A stretch of DNA of 32,000 nucleotides. It comes from a bacterium. GTDB taxonomy: Bacteria > UBP7 > UBA6624. The position numbers and the translations under genes were made by a program. The DNA lies in contig PBAU01000005.1 of assembly GCA_002716355.1 (NCBI GenBank), forward strand, positions 50,425-82,424, in the 5' to 3' direction. Every line of letters begins with the position of its first letter. Position 1 is the stretch's first letter. Shown in pieces: positions 20,927 to 27,831 of this stretch. Below the pieces are notes generated by a model. The model ran no database searches. It was not told the DNA's origin and saw only the letters and a program-made list of their open reading frames with translations.

Positions 20927-21970
20927 TTAAAAAAATTTCTTTTCGTCAAAATCTATAATTCGTCTGACGACCTTAAAATCAAAATCTAAGAAAGTGCCGT
21001 TTCTGTAGATAGTAACAGTATGCCCTTTCATAGAAAAATTATCTTTATCTATCCAAGATCCAAAAATTGACCAAAAATCATCATGCACAGCTAAAGATTT
21101 ACCATCTAATGCCGTAATAATATCACCTGTCCTCAATCCAGTTCTCCAACCAGAACCAGTTTCAGCAAGCCCTGGTATATAAAGACCTTCGCCAAGATAA
21201 CCTGTTTTTAATCTAATTTCTTCAGGTATAGCCACAGGATCCAAACCCCAATCGACATGTAAATATCTTCCGCTTTCTATAAGTTCAGGCAGTACGATGT
21301 TGATGATATCTACAGGAAGAGCAAAGTTCAAAAATAAATTTTCACTATTTCTTTGCTTCAATGTGGGCATTCCAATCACCTCACCCCTTAAAGAAAGCAA
21401 GGCTCCCCCTTGTTGTCCCCCATTCAAAGCTGCATCAAATTGAAAAAATGTAGATAATCCACCACCCAGCTTGTTACCGGATAAAGTCGTAGCAGAAACA
21501 ATTCCTTTTGAAGTATTGCAACAAATACCTTCAGGGTTTGGAGACATAACCATTAAAGATTCACCAACAGAATAAGAATTTTGAGATAATTTCAAAGATG
21601 GAATATGAGGTCTCTTGATCTTAAGTTCCAAAACTGCCAAATCTGTAGGCACATCGTAACCAATTACTTTAGCCTCTACTGACCTCCCATCATTAAAAAG
21701 AATTCCAACATGTTTAGCGTCTCTTACATTTGAAGCTGTTGTCAATATGAGACCTTCTTCAGAGTCATAAACAAAACCGCTACCTATTTCAGTTTGGCTG
21801 ACATCACCATAAACCGAAGTAGACATTTTTGATTTAACAACTTTTATCCCTACGATACTATTTCTTGAATTTCTATAAATTTCCTCAAATCTACCTCTTT
21901 CAAAATCACCTAAATCAACATCTGAAAAAGATATAACGAATAAACAAAATAATATTTTTAAAATTTTCAT
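20927..21970 (-). CDS. HtrA/DegP-family paralogue with a degenerate catalytic triad (Ser-Asp-Gln) and a C-terminal PDZ-like domain; predicted pseudoprotease
   Basis: Has a signal peptide. Contains GSGFVYDSEEGLILTTAS80NV (His position), TD110LAVLEL and LNGGQQ187GGALLSLRGEVIG (Ser position). PDZ-like region: GWRTGLRTGDIITALDG. Its ATG forms an ATGA overlap with the BON gene stop. Confidence 0.82.
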   Translation of the reverse strand: MKILKILFCLFVISFSDVDLGDFERGRFEEIYRNSRNSIVGIKVVKSKMSTSVYGDVSQTEIGSGFVYDSEEGLILTTASNVRDAKHVGILFNDGRSVEAKVIGYDVPTDLAVLELKIKRPHIPSLKLSQNSYSVGESLMVMSPNPEGICCNTSKGIVSATTLSGNKLGGGLSTFFQFDAALNGGQQGGALLSLRGEVIGMPTLKQRNSENLFLNFALPVDIINIVLPELIESGRYLHVDWGLDPVAIPEEIRLKTGYLGEGLYIPGLAETGSGWRTGLRTGDIITALDGKSLAVHDDFWSIFGSWIDKDNFSMKGHTVTIYRNGTFLDFDFKVVRRIIDFDEKKFF

Positions 21971-22503
21971 AAAATTCTCCCTGGACCTCCTGGTGGAATT
22001 ATTGGTGGGATACCAGGATGGCCACCACCCGGCAAACCTGGATCAATAGGATCTCTTGAATCATCTTCCTCTTCAGCATGATCGTCTTCATCATCATCTA
22101 AGCCAAAACCAACAAACTCACATACCTCAGTAGCATCTCTTGGGCCAATAATTTCAAGCCTATTTACAACATCTCTAATTTCAGGGACTAAACTTGCCAA
22201 TCTTTCCGCTTCTCTCTTTTGTCCGATAGTTTCTATAGTTCCTTCAAGTATCGCAACTCTATTTTCAACTCGTGGTTTTATCACTCCATGATTACCGTTA
22301 TCCTTATCGTTAAGTTGTAATTGCAAGCAAACATCAGATGAAAGCTGTACCAACAAAGCGGCTTCAAGAGTTTTATCAATAGCTTCTTTTGTTTTTTCTA
22401 ATGGAGCAATTTTTGTTTGTTCTGCAACAGTTTTACCAACCCCCAAGTTCAACAAACAAGCTTGAAGAGAAAGCAAAGAAAAAATCAATATAAAAAACTT
22501 CAT
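21967..22503 (-). CDS. BON-domain lipoprotein with an acidic and Pro/Gly-rich C-terminal tail
   Basis: The likely start is the ATG at 22501-22503 (MKFFILIFSLLSLQAC, lipobox LQAC); the ORF track begins 3 codons earlier at a TTG (22512). BON-like core: VIKPRVENRVAILEGTIETIGQKREAERLASLVPEIRDVVNRLEI. The tail is DDDEDDHAEEEDDSRDPIDPGLPGGGHPGIPPIIPPGGPGRIL. Confidence 0.7.
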   Translation of the reverse strand: MKFFILIFSLLSLQACLLNLGVGKTVAEQTKIAPLEKTKEAIDKTLEAALLVQLSSDVCLQLQLNDKDNGNHGVIKPRVENRVAILEGTIETIGQKREAERLASLVPEIRDVVNRLEIIGPRDATEVCEFVGFGLDDDEDDHAEEEDDSRDPIDPGLPGGGHPGIPPIIPPGGPGRIL

Positions 22504-22563
22504 ATCCCGCAACCTAAAGATTATAAATTAATTCTTATATAAAATTCTATGAATTTTAGGATA

Positions 22564-23973
22564 TTAGCTAACCAATGAGTAATCTAAAACAATAGCTTGC
22601 TCATATGCAGGCATAATCATTTCTGTTGAAAAGCCATAAATAATACCTCCAACGAACAAAACCCACATAAATCTAGAAAAGATAATAGCGGTATATGCTT
22701 GAGAATTAGACAATCTGTAAAGTTGACCAAAACCTAAAACAGCAACTCTAAAAAGCATAAATGCAGCAAAACCAATCAGTGTGATCCCAATATACAAAGA
22801 AAAGCCTTGAGTGAAGAAAGCCAATAAGCAGCCTAAACCAAGAATACAGCTATAAGGGGTTAACAAGCTGGAAGCAAAAAATGTTGTACCAAACTTTAAA
22901 TCACTCTTAACAATTAATGAACCAAGATAGTTTGCTAACGCATTTACAAACCACAAACCAATAACTATAGCAGGAAACCATTGTATAAACATGTCTATAT
23001 GCTGTCTAAAGAAATTAATTAAATTTTGGGCCAAACCAGCTAATACGATGTAACCTTTTTCAGGATCATTTTCAACATTAGAAAAAACTGAAAACTTCAT
23101 TACCTCCAAGTATGCATAAACAACATTCCCATTAATCCAAGATAAAAGCATTCCTTTCAAGGATGAGGTGAATCCAACAAAAAGAAAAGAGGAGCATAAA
23201 ACCAGTGCAAAAGGATAAAAGAATGTTTCCCCTTTACCAAAATCTGCAAACAATTCTCCTGGCTCGTCAAAAGACCTCATAAAATCATCTACACCTTTTT
23301 TGCCTAAAGTTAAAAGCAAAACAATACCTATAAAAAAGAAAGTTAATGCTGTTGCAGATCTTTCTGTTAAGACAATAGGCCCTAAATTAAAAATTACAGG
23401 ATAAACAGAAACAAAAAACAGATTTTCAAATTCTTCAATCTGCTTTCCGTTCAATAAAGAAACATCTGTCATCCATAATCTATGCAAAGTGGAAGACTCT
23501 TGGCTATAGACAATCCACCAAGCTCCAGATTTTTGGTTTTGATCTGTGTAGTCAAGCCTGACTATATAGTGACTATCAGAATAAACTGTTTTTGAATCAA
23601 CCTCAAAGCCAAGGTTCTCCTGCAGGTGTCTCTCTAACAGTCTCGCTTTAAGAACTGTAGTGGAAACCTGCCCTGATGAAACACCTAGAGGTGTGGATCT
23701 TACATCTAAAACTTTTTGTGAACCAGAATTACAAATAAACCGATCACCAACTTCTTCAATCTTAAGCCAGCCATTTTTAAATTTTTTACCTGAAGAATAC
23801 TCTGTATCAGGAACAACAACTTCCCAAGAATCCTCCTGAGTGGAATTACACGTCCAAGATGAAGGTAAATTAAGTCTTATACCGGTTGACTCATCAACAG
23901 TTTTTGCATCCAATAAAAATGAAAAACTGGAAGAAGCAACAAGGCAAAAAAATATTATTATTTTTTTAAGCAT
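22564..23973 (-). CDS. Polytopic inner-membrane protein of unknown function, with an N-terminal ~190-aa exported domain and ~7-8 TM segments
   Basis: Has a signal/anchor MLKKIIIFFCLVASSSFSFLL, a soluble beta-rich region, and then hydrophobic helices from about residue 195 to the C-terminus. It is the first gene after the groEL terminator hairpin. Confidence 0.6.
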   Translation of the reverse strand: MLKKIIIFFCLVASSSFSFLLDAKTVDESTGIRLNLPSSWTCNSTQEDSWEVVVPDTEYSSGKKFKNGWLKIEEVGDRFICNSGSQKVLDVRSTPLGVSSGQVSTTVLKARLLERHLQENLGFEVDSKTVYSDSHYIVRLDYTDQNQKSGAWWIVYSQESSTLHRLWMTDVSLLNGKQIEEFENLFFVSVYPVIFNLGPIVLTERSATALTFFFIGIVLLLTLGKKGVDDFMRSFDEPGELFADFGKGETFFYPFALVLCSSFLFVGFTSSLKGMLLSWINGNVVYAYLEVMKFSVFSNVENDPEKGYIVLAGLAQNLINFFRQHIDMFIQWFPAIVIGLWFVNALANYLGSLIVKSDLKFGTTFFASSLLTPYSCILGLGCLLAFFTQGFSLYIGITLIGFAAFMLFRVAVLGFGQLYRLSNSQAYTAIIFSRFMWVLFVGGIIYGFSTEMIMPAYEQAIVLDYSLVS

Positions 23974-23998
23974 AGTTAGATTTTATTTTAAATAAGGC

Positions 23999-24020
23999 GG
24001 GGGTGAACAATTTCACCCCC
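23999..24020 (-). terminator. Probable intrinsic terminator downstream of groEL
   Basis: A perfect 9-bp GC-rich stem, gggggtgaa / ttcaccccc, with a 4-nt loop lies 12 nt after the groEL stop. On the transcribed strand it is followed by GCCTTATTTAAAATAAAA. It is the only strong GC hairpin I saw in an intergenic gap. Confidence 0.55.
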
Positions 24021-24031
24021 ATTTCCTTAAA

Positions 24032-25687
24032 TTAAAATCCGCCCATTCCAGGCATTCCTCCACCAGGAGGAGGTCCACCCATTGGTTGCTCTTTCTCTTC
24101 CGGAAGATCTGTAACCATAACTTCAGTAGTTAAAACCATTGATGCAATACTAGCAGCATTTCTCAAAGCGCTTCTTGTAACAACAAGAGGATCTATAACT
24201 CCAACTTTAAGCAAATCACAGTATTCTCCAGTTAATGCATTAAATCCATGTGAACCTTTTTGTTCTTGAACTTTTTCAACAACTACAGAACCTTCATAAC
24301 CAGCATTTTCAGCAACTCTTCTCATTGGTTCTGTTAAAGCATTCCTAACAACATTTATACCCCAGTTTATAGAAACATCCTCATCATTCAATTTTTTAAT
24401 TTTATCAACACATCTAAGCAAAGTGACACCACCACCAGGAACAACACCTTCTTCAACAGCGGCTCTTGTAGCTGATAAAGCATCTTCAAATCTATGTTTC
24501 TTTTCTTTCATTTCTACTTCTGTTGGGGCACCTACTTTTATTTCAGCAACACCACCAGCTAACTTTGCTAATCTTTCTTGAAGCTTTTCTCTTTCCCAGT
24601 CACTATCAGTGCCATCAATTTCAGATCTTATTTGCTCTATCCTCCCCAAAACTGCAGGAGAACCTGAGTTTGAGCTAACTATTGTTGTATTATTTTTATC
24701 AATTATGACCTTCTGGGCAACCCCCATTTGATCTACATCAACATTTTCAAGTTTCATTCCAAGATCTTTACTAATAAATTCACCACCGGTCAAAATAGCT
24801 ATGTCTTGCATCATTGCTTTTCTTCTGTCACCATAACCAGGAGCTTTAACCGCGCATACGTTTAAAGTGCCACGAAGCTTGTTTAAAACAAGTGTTGACA
24901 AAACATCATTTTCAACCTCTTCAGAAATAATCAAAAAAGGTCTACCGTCTTGAGCAACTTTTTCAAGTATTGGTAAAAATTCTTGTGCGTTGCTAATTTT
25001 TGATTCATATATAAGAATCAAAACACCCCTGTCATCACCACCTATCTCACATTTTTGCATTTCTTTATCGTTTGCAAAATAAGGACTCTGGAAACCTCTA
25101 TCAAACTGCATTCCTTCAACAAAATCAGGACCAGTAGTTAAACCTGTCTTAGATTCCTCAATCGTAATCACTCCATCATTTCCAACTTTTTCTATTGCTT
25201 CAGCTATCAATCTACCAATCTCTGAATCATTGTTTCCGGATATTGTTGCAACACGCTCAATATCCTGTCTACCTTTAATTGGTTTTGCTGTTTTTTGCAA
25301 ATTTTCAACAACAGCATCAACAGCAGATTGAATGCCTCTTTTTAAAAGCATTGGATTAGCTCCAGCAGCTACAGCTTTTAAGCCCTCTTGAACCATTTTT
25401 TCAGTCAGAATAATAGCAGTGGTTGTTCCATCTCCAGCAGCATCATTCGTTTTACTTGCTGCTTCTTTTGCAACCTGTGCTCCCATATTCTCAAAAGGAT
25501 CTGGAAGTTCTATTTCCTTTGCAATAGTTATTCCATCATTTGTAACAACAGGAGAGCCAAATTTTTTATCAAGAATAACATTTCTGCCTCTTGGACCAAG
25601 CGTTTCACCAACTGCCTTAGCAACTTTTTCAACGCCTCCTAAAAACTTTTCCCTTGCTTCAGTATTAAAAATCAATTGTTTTGCCAT
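24032..25687 (-). CDS. groEL: Chaperonin GroEL (Cpn60)
   Basis: Contains AKAVGETLGPRGRNV, AGDGTTTA, VAAVKAPGFGDRRK-like (CAVKAPGYGDRRK), GGVAEIKVGA and a C-terminal Gly/Met/Pro tail GGPPPGGGMPGMGGF. Confidence 0.97.
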   Translation of the reverse strand: MAKQLIFNTEAREKFLGGVEKVAKAVGETLGPRGRNVILDKKFGSPVVTNDGITIAKEIELPDPFENMGAQVAKEAASKTNDAAGDGTTTAIILTEKMVQEGLKAVAAGANPMLLKRGIQSAVDAVVENLQKTAKPIKGRQDIERVATISGNNDSEIGRLIAEAIEKVGNDGVITIEESKTGLTTGPDFVEGMQFDRGFQSPYFANDKEMQKCEIGGDDRGVLILIYESKISNAQEFLPILEKVAQDGRPFLIISEEVENDVLSTLVLNKLRGTLNVCAVKAPGYGDRRKAMMQDIAILTGGEFISKDLGMKLENVDVDQMGVAQKVIIDKNNTTIVSSNSGSPAVLGRIEQIRSEIDGTDSDWEREKLQERLAKLAGGVAEIKVGAPTEVEMKEKKHRFEDALSATRAAVEEGVVPGGGVTLLRCVDKIKKLNDEDVSINWGINVVRNALTEPMRRVAENAGYEGSVVVEKVQEQKGSHGFNALTGEYCDLLKVGVIDPLVVTRSALRNAASIASMVLTTEVMVTDLPEEKEQPMGGPPPGGGMPGMGGF

Positions 25688-25711
25688 AATATTAAACCTC
25701 TTTATTTATAT

Positions 25712-26011
25712 TTATTTTATTTGTGCAAGAATATCATCTTCTCTAAGAATTAAATATTCTTCTCCCTCATGCGACAGCTCGTTTCCTCCATATTTTGAAA
25801 AAACAACAGTATCACCAACTTTTAAATTCATTGGTTGAACAAGCATTTGTCCATTAAGGTTTGCTTCCTTTTTCCCAGGGCCAACAGCTACAACTGTACC
25901 CTTCTGTGGTCTTTCTTTTGCTGAATCAGCAATAACAATACCACTTGGACTAGAAGACTCAGCATCTAGCCTCTTTACTATTACACGATCGCCCAATGGC
26001 GCCAACTTCAT
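25712..26011 (-). CDS. groES: Co-chaperonin GroES (Cpn10)
   Basis: Contains [35 protein letters not shown] and [17 protein letters not shown] (reverse complement of 26021-26026) lies 9 nt upstream of the ATG. Confidence 0.95.
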   Translation of the reverse strand: MKLAPLGDRVIVKRLDAESSSPSGIVIADSAKERPQKGTVVAVGPGKKEANLNGQMLVQPMNLKVGDTVVFSKYGGNELSHEGEEYLILREDDILAQIK

Positions 26012-26063
26012 TACTTAAAACCTCCTAAATAAATAAAATCAAACTGCTATTATAAATTAAAAA

Positions 26064-27608
26064 CTAATCCAAAGGACATGGCCTGATTGTTTCAATTGAT
26101 TCAAAAACATCAGAAGAAACATCATTTTTTGGCATGCCTTCTATCTCAAAACCACATTTTGTCAATTTTCCAGTGACCCATACAGGATCAAAATCACCAA
26201 CTCTATTCGTTGTCAATTTTTTTGTATAGCCAGTTTTTAAATGAGTTACGTATATTTCATGTCTCAAATATCTATCTTGAGCAGAATACACAACCCATTC
26301 TCCATCTGGAGACCAGTCGCCGCTATGGTCAACACCCACAGAATTCGACAATCTAACTGGAGCTATGGAACCTGTTGGCAGGTCATAAACAACAAGGGCT
26401 TCAGCTACAACTGATATCAATAATCCTCCATCCATCTTTCCAGATAGTCTGCTTTTACCTTTTGCAGATTCCAAAAACATACTGGGAACGGTGTAAACAT
26501 TGGCTTCAATCAAGATTTGACTTGAATCTGGTGACCATTTAAATGTATTTGCACCAAGCCACATGTAAGGATTTTCAGAATAAAAAACTTTTGAATCAGT
26601 CATGTCACCCCAAAAATCTCTTTCAACATCAAGCATGACAGTAATCATATCTCTTTCACCTTCTTCATTTAAAGCAACACTCATAAGATAAAGATAATTT
26701 CTGATACCAGGTCTATTTGCCATGTATGCAATCCATTTTCCATCAGGAGAAACAGCAGGTTTAATATTACTGTCTACCTCATCGGTAATTCTTTCTTCGC
26801 ATAAAGCTTCAGGGCTTAATGTGTTTCTCTGATCGTAAGGCTCCAAACTTTCCCAATTCTCAATATCTGAACCTTCAATATCCATAATGCAATCTAGATC
26901 GACTATAAATAAATCTCTATAAGCTTCTTGTGACCAAGTTTCCAAAACAGTATTTTCCTCATAAAGATTATGTTTTGGGAAATAATGACCAATTGGTGGA
27001 TAAACATCTTGCTCAAGTCTGTAAGACTCGTAAATCATATATTTTCCATCAGGCGTGAAAGAAGGAGAGTAATCACCCCAGTAATTTCTAGTCACGGCTG
27101 TTCTTTTTGAGCCATCAGGTTTTGTAAGAATGATTTCAGATTCCTGACCCATGTCAGTAACATACGTGATCCATTCACCATCAGGGCTCCATAGAGCTTG
27201 ACCATTAATGCTTGAATCTTTTGTTAAAACATTAGTGTCACCATTAACCAAATCTATAATGACAACATCCTCAGAAGTGCCATCACAGATACCTGGCGCA
27301 AAGATACCTTTATGTTTAGGGTTTTTTAAAGTTTCAGCACAGGTTTCATTAGTGGAAGCGCCCCAAGCATAATACATAAGATACCTTCCATTTGGTGAAA
27401 TCTGCGGAGAAGCATCCCTGATTCCGTTAAAGGTTAAACGATGTGGGGTTTCACCTTTCGTATCCATGATGTAAAGCTCATCACCACCATCTCTATTTGT
27501 TCTAAAGATAATCGATCCCTCTGGTATATCAAGAGCTTCAGATGAAGCAAAAACAGTATAAGGGCTAAAAAATAGTTGCAAGAAAAAAATTAAATTAAAA
27601 ATCATCAC
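26064..27608 (-). CDS. Secreted TolB-like PD40 (WD40-like) beta-propeller repeat protein
   Basis: Has a signal peptide. It carries repeated PD40 signatures: SPNGRYLMY, SPDGEWITY, TPDGKYMIY, SPDGKWIAY, SPDSSQILI and SPDGEWVVY. Confidence 0.8.
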   Translation of the reverse strand: MMIFNLIFFLQLFFSPYTVFASSEALDIPEGSIIFRTNRDGGDELYIMDTKGETPHRLTFNGIRDASPQISPNGRYLMYYAWGASTNETCAETLKNPKHKGIFAPGICDGTSEDVVIIDLVNGDTNVLTKDSSINGQALWSPDGEWITYVTDMGQESEIILTKPDGSKRTAVTRNYWGDYSPSFTPDGKYMIYESYRLEQDVYPPIGHYFPKHNLYEENTVLETWSQEAYRDLFIVDLDCIMDIEGSDIENWESLEPYDQRNTLSPEALCEERITDEVDSNIKPAVSPDGKWIAYMANRPGIRNYLYLMSVALNEEGERDMITVMLDVERDFWGDMTDSKVFYSENPYMWLGANTFKWSPDSSQILIEANVYTVPSMFLESAKGKSRLSGKMDGGLLISVVAEALVVYDLPTGSIAPVRLSNSVGVDHSGDWSPDGEWVVYSAQDRYLRHEIYVTHLKTGYTKKLTTNRVGDFDPVWVTGKLTKCGFEIEGMPKNDVSSDVFESIETIRPCPLD

Positions 27609-27609
27609 T

Positions 27610-27828
27610 TTACTCCACCGTCAAGGTAACCTGATTACCTTGTAAAGAAGGTTGCTCCACTCCATTTTTCGTAGGAGTTATCAATGGTTGAAAATCATAA
27701 GTAGAAGAGGTTGAACCCCCTCCACCACCACCTGCAGGTCCACCTGAAGGAGAATCAGAATCACCACCTCCACAGGAAACAAAAACCATACATAAAACAA
27801 AAATAAATAATTTAAAAAATTTTCTCAT
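27610..27828 (-). CDS. Small Gly/Ser-rich lipoprotein of unknown function
   Basis: The signal peptide ends in VFVSC, followed by GGGDSDSPSGGPAGGGGGGSTSS. It is tightly packed between the metzincin gene (3-nt gap) and the PD40 gene (1-nt gap). Confidence 0.5.
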   Translation of the reverse strand: MRKFFKLFIFVLCMVFVSCGGGDSDSPSGGPAGGGGGGSTSSTYDFQPLITPTKNGVEQPSLQGNQVTLTVE

Positions 27829-27831
27829 AAT

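Noticed and set aside
22541-22557. AT-only hairpin aaaattc-tat-gaatttt after the 469-aa membrane protein gene, as a possible terminator
   Set aside because: It is a 7-bp stem with only one G:C pair and would have very low stability. Such inverted repeats are expected by chance in AT-rich spacers, and there is no clear U-tract.
24013-24023. CCCCCATTT string resembling a sigma-32 -10 element (CCCCATNT) near groEL
   Set aside because: It is on the plus strand, pointing into the 3' end of groEL with no plus-strand gene downstream. It forms the right arm of the terminator hairpin.
25419-25838. 139-aa plus-strand ORF, along with other long antisense or nested ORFs (for example 19243-19713, 9977-10366, 6300-6674, 20378-20728, 14523-14804, 5182-5442)
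   Set aside because: All lie entirely within, and antisense to or out of frame with, strongly conserved genes (groEL/groES, HtrA paralogues, atpD, yvcK, atpB, gap). Their translations are low-complexity with no recognisable motifs or ribosome-binding sites. They are typical shadow ORFs.
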